Assembly: GCA_048886685.1 (NCBI GenBank)
Contig: JBHLKM010000020.1
Location: 1 to 64,000, forward strand
DNA from: Candidatus Hodarchaeota archaeon
GTDB taxonomy: Archaea; Asgardarchaeota; Lokiarchaeia; Sigyniarchaeales; SOKP01
Length of the DNA stretch: 64,000 nt
Direction: 5' to 3'
Shown: positions 8,329-18,777 of the stretch, one piece after another
Position numbering within the stretch: the first letter of the stretch is position 1
How the letters are laid out: every line of letters starts with the position of its first letter
Made by a program: the position numbers and the translations under genes
Notes under the pieces: model-generated
The model's database searches: none
What the model was told of the DNA's origin: nothing
What the model saw: only the letters and a program-made list of their open reading frames with translations

Positions 8329-10281
8329 CTAAATCTTTAATTTACTTCTCCAAAAATTAATTTTTGCAATTAAATCTTGCCTTTCAGTAGGATTTAATAA
8401 ATCAGGATTAGACTTTAAAGGTGTTATGCTCATTCCTATTTGTCTAAGAACCCCACTAAAACCTTTTCTTTCAAGAATATCATCTTGGATATTTTGTAAT
8501 TGTGCTGAGATTTCTAATCCTGTCATATTTGGTAAATCGGTTAGTAGTTTATCAATTTGGCTTGAAAGATATGCATCTGTGGATCCTATAGCAGCCGTAG
8601 ACATAGTTAGTTCTGGTTTGATTGCTGGTGGTTCTACTGGAGGTTCAACTTTCGCAATGGGTTCAATTTTAACTGGTTCTTGCTGTATTTCAGATGGTCT
8701 TTCTACAACCGGAGGTGTTATTCTTTCTGGTTCGTCTTTTATAGGGGGAGATATTGAAGGTGTAGGTCTTTCTGTAGTAAAACTGGACACAGGAGCTCTT
8801 TGTAATTCTTTTAAAACTTCCACTTGATCTAGCTTTTTACTTTGGATCCATACATCCTCTAAGACAGCAGCAAATAATTTTACATGCTCCTCAAGAACTG
8901 AACCCATTCCAGCGATTTGTAATTCACCTCCTTCGGTTTGGGACACTACACAAACTACAACTTCTTCAAAATCCTTATTTATTGACCATAAATTTTCTCT
9001 TCCATAATGCCTTAATGTAAAATTTGGGAAATCAGCAACTTGTTTAAATCTCATTTGATCTTCTGGATTTGCTAGATCGAAATTTGTTGAAATTCTTATA
9101 TTAATATGTTTTTTGAGTCTTGTTAGTGCTATCAGATCAATATCCTCTAATTTTGGAGCAACTATATGAACCCTCATCTTCACACGAGTAAGCGATTCGT
9201 TAATTTGTGCCTTGATACCTTCAACACTTCTAACAAACCACACATCTTTAAAACTTAATAATGAAGCTTCTTTAGATCGCTGCCAAAATTCATTCATTGT
9301 CAATTCTGCGCTATCTAATTGATTAATGATATTATTTATAATATCGTTTTGAAGGGTTTCGAAAATTTCAGTTCTAAATAAATCTTTCAATTCATTTATG
9401 CCTGAAATAATATCATCGTAAACCCCTGAAACTCTATTTTCTAAATCTTCCAGAGTAGATTTCAATCCACCTTCTATATCTGAAAAAACCGTACCGAGAT
9501 CGCTGCTTATTTCACCCGCCGTGTCTGTGATACTACCTAATTGTTCTATCACTTGATCTAACATATTCTGTGTTGTCTGTACAAATTTATCGCGAAAAAA
9601 CACAGTTACCTCCTCAAATTGCTCTGAAATTACTCGAGAAACAATTTTTTCAGCCATGCTTTTCAGGGCACCAATCCTGAACTGCTTTTCAAACCTGCTT
9701 GATATCTCGGTTTTCATTGAATCTAGACGACTTTCCATCGCCCCAAATTCTTTAGTAATTTCTGCCGGTACAATTTGTTTTAGGTTAAGAATAAATCGTC
9801 TAACATCTCGGAATCTATTTACTTGTTCAAGTTCTTTTTCAAATCTGTCAAATTGAGTTTTAATTTGCGCGGGTAAGTTTGTCTTCATTATTTGAAGATA
9901 TGCACGGTAGTCATCAAGTTTTTTAAGCTTATCTGAATGGCTTTCTAATGAATTAAATCTTTCTTGGATATTTTGTGGAGTTACATTTTGAAATGTCTTT
10001 ATCATTTCTTTAAATTGATGAATTTGACCTAAAAGTGCGGCATACGGGGGCAACGCTTCATAAATTGGAGTTTTACCGGGTATTTGTTTGAGAAGTCCCT
10101 TTTGGAATAAGTTCGACGCTATTTCTGCTGCTCTTTCCTCAGCTACATTGGCTAATAGAGCAATTTCACCAATCATTACAGGACCTCTTCCTGTTATTTT
10201 ATAATAAGTATCAACCTCGTCACGGGCTAATCCAATTAGTTCTAATACCTGCATTGTTGCAGAATCTTCTTCTTTAGACAA
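8329..10281 (-). CDS. TrmB-like protein: N-terminal wHTH, long helical/coiled-coil region, PLD-like TrmB middle domain, Pro-rich linker
   Basis: LELIGLARDEVDTY...GKTPIYEALPP (TrmB N-terminus); DVWFVRSVEGIKAQINESLTRVKMRVHIVAP; AGGTGAG SD before a TTG start. Confidence 0.6.
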   Translation of the reverse strand: MSKEEDSATMQVLELIGLARDEVDTYYKITGRGPVMIGEIALLANVAEERAAEIASNLFQKGLLKQIPGKTPIYEALPPYAALLGQIHQFKEMIKTFQNVTPQNIQERFNSLESHSDKLKKLDDYRAYLQIMKTNLPAQIKTQFDRFEKELEQVNRFRDVRRFILNLKQIVPAEITKEFGAMESRLDSMKTEISSRFEKQFRIGALKSMAEKIVSRVISEQFEEVTVFFRDKFVQTTQNMLDQVIEQLGSITDTAGEISSDLGTVFSDIEGGLKSTLEDLENRVSGVYDDIISGINELKDLFRTEIFETLQNDIINNIINQLDSAELTMNEFWQRSKEASLLSFKDVWFVRSVEGIKAQINESLTRVKMRVHIVAPKLEDIDLIALTRLKKHINIRISTNFDLANPEDQMRFKQVADFPNFTLRHYGRENLWSINKDFEEVVVCVVSQTEGGELQIAGMGSVLEEHVKLFAAVLEDVWIQSKKLDQVEVLKELQRAPVSSFTTERPTPSISPPIKDEPERITPPVVERPSEIQQEPVKIEPIAKVEPPVEPPAIKPELTMSTAAIGSTDAYLSSQIDKLLTDLPNMTGLEISAQLQNIQDDILERKGFSGVLRQIGMSITPLKSNPDLLNPTERQDLIAKINFWRSKLKI

Positions 10282-10299
10282 CTTGAATTACTCACCTTA

Positions 10300-11427
10300 T
10301 TATTTTTTATACACTTGTTCAAGAAATTCTAAGTGCTTTATTGCTACATTCTTCTTCAATTTTCCTTCGATACTATCTTTACGAATTTTTTCTATTAAAT
10401 ATTCTGGATAAAATGTATGTGCTACTACATCTGTTAATAAAAATACCCATGCAGTATCTTTTTCATCTTTTATAATTTTTAATATTTGATCATCTTCCAT
10501 TGCCTTTAAGAAAGACCCTATTTGATTCATACTCTCTCCTGGACCTTTAGGAATCTTATTTAATGGATATGCTCTTTCCCTAAATAAAGTAATGTAATCA
10601 TAGTTATCTGGATTCATTATAGTGCGAGCAATTTTTAAATTATCCTCAAGATTAGGATTGTAATTTGTAAAAAATCCAGAAACTTCATCAAGATACTCAG
10701 TTGCGAGTTTTGGGGATGGCAAATTTTTCTTTGCATCCTCAATTAATTTTGCTGCTGGAGTTCTAAAAATAGCAAAATCAGTTAATAGAAATAGTGTTAT
10801 ATCAGTATCACCTTCTACCCAATCTTGCATTATTAATCCAGTTTTAATAAAAGGATCTAATATATATTCAAGATTTGGTATTATTTTTTGTAATTTCTCT
10901 TCTATGATCCCTTGTAATTCCCTTCTAGATAAAGCCTTTTCCTGCAAAGCCTCCAATATTGTCCTTGCTTTCTCACTCGAATAAATTTGTGCTAGGCGTT
11001 GTTCTTTCGATAAATTTTTTAATCGATCTAAAAGAATTAATGTATTCTTTAGATAAAGATTTATTTTCTTTACAATTTCATAACTTTCGGATACATTAGT
11101 ACTTATCTGTTTTAAATAATTTAATAAATCTCTATTTACTTCTTGCAGTACTGCCTCACCAAACATCTCTGGATCTTCTCCCAATTCTAACATTAAGTTT
11201 ATCATTACAGGCATATCTGATTCAATACCAGTAAAATAACTTGATACATTAGAACGTGCTTTTTCTAATCGTACTAAAACATTTCCTGCAGCACCTGCTC
11301 CTGTTATATGAGCATAAAAAATTCTCATCATATCATCCAAATCAATTTCAAGATTTTCTGGATAACTTAGTTTAACAATCAATCCTTGATCCTCTGTCCA
11401 TTCAGTTATAATAAAACCGTGTGCCAT
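10300..11427 (-). CDS. Longin/uDENN-like plus winged-helix-like protein; stand-alone homolog of the cytoplasmic tail of the giant surface proteins
   Basis: GFIITEWTEDQGLIVKLSYP N-terminus; collinear by-eye similarity to the last ~365 aa of 48751-56784. Confidence 0.65.
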   Translation of the reverse strand: MAHGFIITEWTEDQGLIVKLSYPENLEIDLDDMMRIFYAHITGAGAAGNVLVRLEKARSNVSSYFTGIESDMPVMINLMLELGEDPEMFGEAVLQEVNRDLLNYLKQISTNVSESYEIVKKINLYLKNTLILLDRLKNLSKEQRLAQIYSSEKARTILEALQEKALSRRELQGIIEEKLQKIIPNLEYILDPFIKTGLIMQDWVEGDTDITLFLLTDFAIFRTPAAKLIEDAKKNLPSPKLATEYLDEVSGFFTNYNPNLEDNLKIARTIMNPDNYDYITLFRERAYPLNKIPKGPGESMNQIGSFLKAMEDDQILKIIKDEKDTAWVFLLTDVVAHTFYPEYLIEKIRKDSIEGKLKKNVAIKHLEFLEQVYKK

Positions 11428-13665
11428 TTAAATTTCCTCCTCATTTTTAATTTTAGCTTTCTCAATTTTTTCAGCATCCTTTAGCTGGATGTATTCTAAA
11501 TCTAAATCTTTTATTTGGTTTTCTCTATTATCTTTAATTAACTGCTCTCGAGAGTTTACTAAGATCTGTTTAGTCTTTTTGGTTTTCCGAACTTTTTTCT
11601 TTAATTTTCTTATTTTTCTAACCAATGGGGGGTATTTAAAGTGCGTTTGATATAGAGTAAATATAAGAACTAAACCTAAGATTGCACCAATTAACAGATA
11701 TATTAACCAACCTAAATCAGGTTGAGTTCCAGGTACATAGGCTCCTACATTTAAAGTTATTTCAAAATCCTCAAATTCATAATCTTCACCTACAAATCCT
11801 GATACCGTTATTGTATAGAGACCTTCTGGCGGATTTTCTATTATTCCTTCATATACTCCATTGGTTTCAGTTAAAACCCTAGGAATAGGATCTCTATCCC
11901 AAGTGTATGTAACAATAGCTCCCTTTATTAATTCATCATTATCAGTATCATTTAATATAATCTCTAATTGAGCATTATCTCCCACATCAATATTAATGGT
12001 GGATTCTCCAGAGACAGTAGTGATCTCTGTATTTATTTTTCTTACCGTAATAGTTGGATTGATAAGTTTAGTTTGATAATTTGTTTTTGTAGCTTCAATA
12101 TTCAAATAATTATCTCCCATACTCAGTTGTTGAGTTACATTGATTGTAATTGAATAATTATCCTCAAATTCTTCCAAACTTTCTAGAATTCCCACTCCAG
12201 TTAATTGAATCACTGCTCCGGGTATATGAAAACCTGTTTGATTTGTATATTTTGCAGTTATAGTTAGATTTTGGCCAATAGGAACAGTAATAGAAGTCCT
12301 GTTTTCACCATTTAAAAATAATTGTAAAGCAGTTTGATAATCAGCAAATTCTATGGTATAAGAGATATTAAGATAAACTTCATCTATTGAAATTTTAATA
12401 GTACGATTTAATTTGAAATCATCAGCTATATATAATTGAATTGAAAGATTAATATTTTTATCTTCTTCTATTAAATATGTAATATCAAAACCTCCAGATT
12501 TAGCCTCTTGATAGAATGTATTGGCTTTTTCTAATAAATTAATGGATTCTGAGTGTTTAATACCATTAATAAAAATTTGTATTTCAGAATTTGGACTTAA
12601 ATTTGTCCAAGTATCATTAGTTTTATATTTAAAATTGAGAATTGCTTCATCTACAATGGTAATATTGCTAATTTCATTAATATCATTAGGTTTTGCTGTA
12701 TCCTGATTCCAAGAAATTGAAGTAAGTTGATCAATCTTTTTCTCATAAGTAAATGTTAGATTTATATAGTTGATCACTAGAGATTCCCAAAAATCATCAT
12801 CACTGTTCCAGTTATCTTCACACCAAATTCTTATTCCTAGTGTTACTGTGAAATTATAATTGTCATTATTTAAAACTGAAGTAAGAAAAAAAATTAGGCT
12901 TTCTTTTGGAACTATGAGCATGTCGGTATCATATAAATAGTCCATATCACCAGCCGAATCGTTTCCTAAACTAGTGGTTTGATAATAACCAATTTCATAT
13001 ATTTTATTCTTCTCTAAATCAGAAATCATGACGTAATATCTTACATAATCATAAGTTGCATATTGGGTTCCACCTTCCACATCATCATCAACAGCTTCTA
13101 CTCCTTCGGAAGCTCCATCATCTGCTTTTACCGTTCCATTAACTACAGCCCTTAAAGAAGCGGAAGTTATAATATAATCTGACATATTAACTGGCATTGT
13201 AATATTTTGATCCCAGTGAACACTTGGAGATTGATCAGCACCTTCACTCCAATGGTGATAAACTTCGCATCCTTTTTCATTGATTCCATATGTATCAGGA
13301 AAGAATGGAAAAGCTGGATTTTCAACATCAGTCCAATTTGCATCCAAGGGAGGATCTGCTACTAATGAAAATGTTTGTTTGTCTCCAAACACTTCAAAAT
13401 TTGCCTCACCTCCACTAATTTCTGCATCTACATCATCTGGATCTCCTAATTCTCCTTTATGTGATGTCCAATTCTCTGTAGATGAAAAGGAAGGATTTGC
13501 CATCCATGGCTTAAGATAAGATTCTTGTGCTGAGGTTTTAATTTGTTTTGAATTAATCAGATCTTTAGAATTATTTTCTAGGTTTAAGGAATAGAAACTT
13601 AAAAATCCAGAAAAAATAATACATATTAATATCATATAACTAGTTATCTTCTTATTTTTAATCAT
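11428..13665 (-). CDS. Single-pass cell-surface glycoprotein-like protein
   Basis: N-terminal hydrophobic signal, acidic beta-rich body with many N-x-S/T sequons, C-terminal TM (WLIYLLIGAILGLVLIFTLY) and basic tail. Confidence 0.75.
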   Translation of the reverse strand: MIKNKKITSYMILICIIFSGFLSFYSLNLENNSKDLINSKQIKTSAQESYLKPWMANPSFSSTENWTSHKGELGDPDDVDAEISGGEANFEVFGDKQTFSLVADPPLDANWTDVENPAFPFFPDTYGINEKGCEVYHHWSEGADQSPSVHWDQNITMPVNMSDYIITSASLRAVVNGTVKADDGASEGVEAVDDDVEGGTQYATYDYVRYYVMISDLEKNKIYEIGYYQTTSLGNDSAGDMDYLYDTDMLIVPKESLIFFLTSVLNNDNYNFTVTLGIRIWCEDNWNSDDDFWESLVINYINLTFTYEKKIDQLTSISWNQDTAKPNDINEISNITIVDEAILNFKYKTNDTWTNLSPNSEIQIFINGIKHSESINLLEKANTFYQEAKSGGFDITYLIEEDKNINLSIQLYIADDFKLNRTIKISIDEVYLNISYTIEFADYQTALQLFLNGENRTSITVPIGQNLTITAKYTNQTGFHIPGAVIQLTGVGILESLEEFEDNYSITINVTQQLSMGDNYLNIEATKTNYQTKLINPTITVRKINTEITTVSGESTINIDVGDNAQLEIILNDTDNDELIKGAIVTYTWDRDPIPRVLTETNGVYEGIIENPPEGLYTITVSGFVGEDYEFEDFEITLNVGAYVPGTQPDLGWLIYLLIGAILGLVLIFTLYQTHFKYPPLVRKIRKLKKKVRKTKKTKQILVNSREQLIKDNRENQIKDLDLEYIQLKDAEKIEKAKIKNEEEI

Positions 13666-13874
13666 TTTTAATCATCGACAGGATAAATTTAATCTAATAG
13701 ATTTCTGTGTATTTCTTATCACTTCTAAATAATTCAAATAAGAAATAAAACAGAGTTAGGATTATAATGAAAATATAATGTATAAAAATCTTTTTTTGTT
13801 TTTTATTGAGTATTTAAATTTTAATTAAATTGAAATTTTAAATATTTAAGTGATATCCCATGCAGATAACTGTG

Positions 13875-14678
13875 CTAGATGGGACTTTTTACAAATCCAC
13901 CATCAACTTGTATTACTGTTCCGGTGATATAACTAGCCTTAGCAGAAGCTAGAAAGACTACTACATTTGCTAACTCCTCAGGTTTTCCTAACCGACCTAA
14001 GGGTATTGTGTCTATCCAAGTTTTTTCTGCTTCATTAAAAGATTTTCCTGTGTCTTGCGCTGTTTTATTGATTAATTCTTTCATCCTGTCTGTAAGTGTT
14101 GGTCCAGGGCAAACCACATTCACTAATATATTATCTTTAGCATACACATTTGCGAGAGTCTTAGCAAAACCCACTACACCTAAACGAGTAGTATTTGATA
14201 AAACTAAATTATCTAATGGTTGTTTCACTGAAACTGAAGTAATTGCGATTATTTTTCCATAATGTTGCTGTCTCATAATTGGAACAACTAAATCAGTTAT
14301 TTTAATGAAAGAAAGTAGGTTCAAATCTATTGAGTTTGCCCAATCTTCTTTTTTTATTTTTTCTAGGGGGGCAGATGGTGGACCTCCAGCATTATGAATT
14401 AAGATATCTATTCTACCAAATTCATTTAAAGTCTTTTCTACTAGACTTTTTATCTGGTCTTCATGCATCAAATCGGTTACGATAGGTACAACCCTCGCTT
14501 TTTTGTTGATTGAATTAATATCTTCTATATTTTCCTTAGCCTTCTTTAAATTTGCAACAGAGCGACTGCAAATAACAATATTTGCTCCTTCTTCATAAAG
14601 CCCTTTAGCGCAAGCTAATCCTAAACCTTTACTCGACGCTAAGACTAATGCAACCTTGCCCTTTAAGCCCATATCCAT
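13875..14678 (-). CDS. Short-chain dehydrogenase/reductase (FabG-like)
   Basis: ASSKGLG, HNAGGPP, VNVVCPG, PLGRLGKPEE and YITGTVIQVDGG motifs. Confidence 0.9.
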   Translation of the reverse strand: MDMGLKGKVALVLASSKGLGLACAKGLYEEGANIVICSRSVANLKKAKENIEDINSINKKARVVPIVTDLMHEDQIKSLVEKTLNEFGRIDILIHNAGGPPSAPLEKIKKEDWANSIDLNLLSFIKITDLVVPIMRQQHYGKIIAITSVSVKQPLDNLVLSNTTRLGVVGFAKTLANVYAKDNILVNVVCPGPTLTDRMKELINKTAQDTGKSFNEAEKTWIDTIPLGRLGKPEELANVVVFLASAKASYITGTVIQVDGGFVKSPI

Positions 14679-14705
14679 TTTTTTTTCCCACACCATAAAT
14701 AATAA

Positions 14706-14873
14706 TTAAGAATGCGAATCAAAATCCATAAACCTGGAACATTTATGATAAAAAAGATTACATCTAGCACTAGTCTCGGAACTCTCACAATATTTTGAGT
14801 AAGGACACTTATTATCTTGGGGGTCCATTTTTATCATTAATCTATGTAATCTCTTTTCTATTTCCTTCCGCAT
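14706..14873 (-). CDS. Unannotated 55-aa Cys-rich small protein
   Basis: Manual translation MRKEIEKRLHRLMIKMDPQDNKCPYSKYCESSETSARCNLFYHKCSRFMDFDSHS; four Cys; co-oriented just upstream of the SDR gene. Confidence 0.55.
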   Translation of the reverse strand: MRKEIEKRLHRLMIKMDPQDNKCPYSKYCESSETSARCNLFYHKCSRFMDFDSHS

Positions 14874-15073
14874 TTTTTTTTTTCCATAAAAAATGTTTAA
14901 AATTCAATACGTAAATTCTAAAAATTACGCTTAAAAATATTTTTTCCTAAATTTCCTATGAAAGATATTAAAAAGATAATTTTATAAATTCAAATGATTA
15001 TAATAGTTTTAAAGATTGAATATTATTATATTAAATATCAAATTTCTAAAATTAATTAAAAAGGTGTATCGCA

Positions 15074-15529
15074 ATTAGTATTGACACCAAAAGCTTCGAT
15101 AATATTCTAAGTAAGATTATAAAAAGTGAAAGTGGTATTAAAAAAGTTATTTTAGTTGATAGAACTGGACTTACTATCGCAAGTGTTTCAAAATTTTCCT
15201 ATTTCCCTGCTGATGTTGATGGGATAGGTGCTATCGCTTCGGCGGTGTTCTGTGCTTCAGAAGAACAAGGTAAGAATCTTGAACTTGGAAACCTCGAAAT
15301 TGTAACTTCAGAATTTAGCGGAGGTAAGATTTTTGCCTCATCCTGTGGCCCTAAGGGTGTACTTACATTAATCTCAGATCCTGACATCAATATCGGTCTA
15401 ATCAGACTTATTCTAAAAAGATCTGGAGATGAATTAAAAGAGATACTTGATGAGTTCCTATCTGAGACCATGGAAGTTATGGATAGTGGCTTAGATTTAT
15501 CGGATCTTGATCAGCTTACACCTGATTAA
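15074..15529 (+). CDS. Roadblock/LC7 (MglB-like) domain protein, probable non-AUG start
   Basis: The frame is open from 15056 and encodes GIKKVILVDRTGLTIAS...GIGAIASAVF...DINIGLIRL. No in-frame ATG/GTG/TTG occurs before 15245. AAGGTG SD at 15061-15066. Confidence 0.8.
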   Translation: MSIDTKSFDNILSKIIKSESGIKKVILVDRTGLTIASVSKFSYFPADVDGIGAIASAVFCASEEQGKNLELGNLEIVTSEFSGGKIFASSCGPKGVLTLISDPDINIGLIRLILKRSGDELKEILDEFLSETMEVMDSGLDLSDLDQLTPD

Positions 15530-15669
15530 AAAAAGAAACCTTTATTATCCCTTTTTACTACCTTACACCCTTAATAATAGATAAAAGCAGATTTCTTAAG
15601 ATGTTTAGCCCTTTTATTATAATTAAAGCTAAAAAGAGAAAAAATTGAAAAAAAAGAAAATTATTTTAA

Positions 15670-17451
15670 TTAAGATTTTCGTTTTCTAACGAAGAAAGTT
15701 AAGGCTATTATTCCGATTAGTGCACTTTCTACAAGAACAATAATCAATAAAATAGTACTCAAATCCAATGCTAAACCACCTGGGGCAGAACATCTGTTAT
15801 TTACAAATAAATTACCAGCGCTTCCTGTTTCATTGTAGCAGTCGTCATTCCCTACGAATAAGTTATTCGTTATTATATTATTATTACTTGTATCTAAAAA
15901 TGTCCCGTTTTTATTATTATTCGCTGTATTAGATAAAATCGAATTAGCGTCGCTATTGAGTAAATGAATTCCATTCATTTCATTGTTGCTAGCAGTATTA
16001 TCCATTATTGTATTGCTATCACTCCCTTCAATTGCTATCCCATGTTCTAGATTAGACTTTGCGATATTATCCACTAATAAATTATAGTTACTTGACGAAA
16101 GTAAATGAATTCCGCTCAAATTATTAAATTGACCAATACTAGACCTTAGAATATTATTAGTGCTACTCGATAAAAACCTTATCCCATCTAATCCATTATG
16201 GTGAGCATTGTTGTCTTCAATAAGGCAATTAACTGAACTAAATAATCTAATTCCGTTTTCACGATTTTCATAAACAATATTATCGGTGCAGGAGATATTA
16301 TCTGCACTATTTATCCGTATACCATTCCCTGTGTTATTATAAGCCGTATTTTTGTGTACTATTGAATCTTGACATGATGTCAAAAAAATTCCCTCATCTC
16401 CATTATGATTCGCGCTGTTTTCAGAAACCTCGTTATTTGCAATACCTGTTAAATAGATGCCATCATCTTGATTATTATTAGCTGTATTTTTTGAAATTGT
16501 ATTAAATTCTGAGACTGACATGAGATGGATTCCAAAGTAGTTGTCATTTACCGTATTAGACCTAATTAGAGTATGAGTGCTTTGTTCTAATCTAATTCCA
16601 TCATTAATACTCTCAGTGATATCATTTCCAGAAATTTTACACCAATAACTCTGAGAAATCCGAATGCCATGATTATCAGAAGTAGAAATGGTATTACCTA
16701 ATATTTGTGTATTATTGGACATTTCATTGTTAATCCCTATATTAGTGCTATTGATGATCGTATTAGAACTGATTGTAACGGCATTACAATCATTAAGGTA
16801 TATCCCATCAGTAACGCTTACTATTACATCATTATCTTCAATAAGAACATCCTCAGAATTATCAAGGTTAATTCCATAAGCCAAATTGTCATTAATCATA
16901 TTTGAATCTACATGTATATTATCTGAATCAGCTAAATTTATACCAGTTACGCTTCCTGAACAATTATTGTCCCTTAGAGTTATATGACTACAGTTATCAA
17001 CAAGTATATTTATAAATATATTCCATGGCAATTGGTTCTCTTTAATTAAACCATTTGTAGTATTATAGAGTAAAATTCCAGCACTAAAACCTGTTATTAG
17101 GAAATCACAATTAAGAACTCGAAAATATTTTCTAGAGTTAGAAATATTCAAACAATATATACCACTGGTCGTATTGAATAAATGATTTCTTATAATATAA
17201 GGATCTCCAGAAGTCCCAGAACCTGTACAAATACCTGTAGCTTTCGCAGCAGCCCAATTTTTAGCAGGATTGGTCTCATCAATCTCTACCGTGCTGTTAT
17301 AAGTTGCTGATAGCTGTAAATCTTCTATACTCTTTGTTTGATTTGTCACTTTTGAAAATGGTAAATAAGAAAAAATTAATCCCGTATTTAATGTAAAAAG
17401 CACTATTATAACAGAAATTAATATTGCATTTCTCAAATTATTTGATTTCAT
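15670..17451 (-). CDS. Right-handed parallel beta-helix (NosD/PbH1 repeat) surface protein with C-terminal TM anchor
   Basis: Many GIxLxxSxxNxIxxN repeats; GSGTSGDPYII motif; N- and C-terminal hydrophobic segments. Confidence 0.88.
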   Translation of the reverse strand: MKSNNLRNAILISVIIVLFTLNTGLIFSYLPFSKVTNQTKSIEDLQLSATYNSTVEIDETNPAKNWAAAKATGICTGSGTSGDPYIIRNHLFNTTSGIYCLNISNSRKYFRVLNCDFLITGFSAGILLYNTTNGLIKENQLPWNIFINILVDNCSHITLRDNNCSGSVTGINLADSDNIHVDSNMINDNLAYGINLDNSEDVLIEDNDVIVSVTDGIYLNDCNAVTISSNTIINSTNIGINNEMSNNTQILGNTISTSDNHGIRISQSYWCKISGNDITESINDGIRLEQSTHTLIRSNTVNDNYFGIHLMSVSEFNTISKNTANNNQDDGIYLTGIANNEVSENSANHNGDEGIFLTSCQDSIVHKNTAYNNTGNGIRINSADNISCTDNIVYENRENGIRLFSSVNCLIEDNNAHHNGLDGIRFLSSSTNNILRSSIGQFNNLSGIHLLSSSNYNLLVDNIAKSNLEHGIAIEGSDSNTIMDNTASNNEMNGIHLLNSDANSILSNTANNNKNGTFLDTSNNNIITNNLFVGNDDCYNETGSAGNLFVNNRCSAPGGLALDLSTILLIIVLVESALIGIIALTFFVRKRKS

Positions 17452-17611
17452 TTTTTCACGATCTATTTTTTTGATAACAATTTTAAAAAATTGTATGTTA
17501 CTCAAGGCAATATGGTCATTTAAATATTATAGAGTGTTTGTTCCCAATTGTCAGAATTGAATGGTATGGTAATATGTTAAAAAATAAAATTAAATTCTTT
17601 ATTACCTGAGA

Positions 17612-18670
17612 TTAAAGGAGTTTATTCTTTTTCACAATTTCTTTATAATGGTCTCTTTCTCTTCTGAGTATTAATAATTCTTTCTTCATTTCAATAAATT
17701 CATCTTTCTTTGTTTCTTCGTCCATACTTTCATAGGAAATTTGTTGCCTAAGGTCGCTCATTTCTGATTTCAAATTAGTAATTGTATCTAAATGAGCCTC
17801 GTTTTCCCGATTTACTTTTAACACTTGAAATTTTAAATTTTTATTAGTCTCGTTTAACTTAGAGGTTTTTTGACTTAAATTTTGATTTTCAGATTTAATC
17901 TTTTTTATTTGTTCAAGTAATTTTTCAGCGCCCTCTTCAATTTCACTTTTATCATTTAAAATGGAGTTTAAGTCAGCAATTTGAGTATCTTTTTGTGTTA
18001 ATTGATTCTTCTGTTGAGTCGTTATTTTATTTAATTCTTTAATTTTTAAGGTTAAACTAGCATTATATTCATTTAATTCGGCCATTTGGGCAGACCAATT
18101 ATCCAATCTCGTGTATAGGCCATTAATTTCATCTTTCAGGGCTTCTACATTCCTTAGGTGATCAGATCTATCAGAAACCAATAAAGAAACTTTATGTGCT
18201 AAATCATCAATCCTTTCTTTTTTGGAAGTTAGATCTTGTGTTAATTCCAATATCTGTTGATAATATGGATCTAATTCCCCTTTTTTTAATAATTCAAAAT
18301 ATTTTACAAATTGTTCATAAAAATCTGGCTCTTGCCGTTTAGGTAATAATTCAAAAGCTATTCGCCTTACTTGGCCCTCAAAAGTATTAGGAAGAGTATC
18401 ATCATCAGAGAGGAAAATTGTTATAGAATGCTCCGGTTTCCCAAGGAAGCTTTTATTGCTATGACCTGTAAAAAAACTTGCCACACTAACATTTCTTTTG
18501 ATTTGCATTTCTAGATAATTAGGACCAGTTTTTACATTCTTATGTTGTTCAAATAGGCTTAGCAATCCTGATGTCGATATTTCCAGATCATCACATATAT
18601 TTTCTGGATACTGAATGTCAACAGTAGGTTCAGAACCTTCACTTAAATTAAGAATCACAATTCCTCTCAA
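17612..18670 (-). CDS. Longin/uDENN-like N-terminal domain plus long coiled coil
   Basis: GIVILNLSEGSEPTVDIQYP...VASFFTG resembles the N-terminus of 10300-11427; heptad-rich C-terminal half. Confidence 0.6.
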   Translation of the reverse strand: MRGIVILNLSEGSEPTVDIQYPENICDDLEISTSGLLSLFEQHKNVKTGPNYLEMQIKRNVSVASFFTGHSNKSFLGKPEHSITIFLSDDDTLPNTFEGQVRRIAFELLPKRQEPDFYEQFVKYFELLKKGELDPYYQQILELTQDLTSKKERIDDLAHKVSLLVSDRSDHLRNVEALKDEINGLYTRLDNWSAQMAELNEYNASLTLKIKELNKITTQQKNQLTQKDTQIADLNSILNDKSEIEEGAEKLLEQIKKIKSENQNLSQKTSKLNETNKNLKFQVLKVNRENEAHLDTITNLKSEMSDLRQQISYESMDEETKKDEFIEMKKELLILRRERDHYKEIVKKNKLL

Positions 18671-18777
18671 GTCATATCGCCTTAGGGAGAGAATTAATTG
18701 ACTATAATCTTTTTATATCTTTCTATATATTAAATATATTTTTATCAATTTAATAGTTCTGTTGGTAGAATAAGGAT

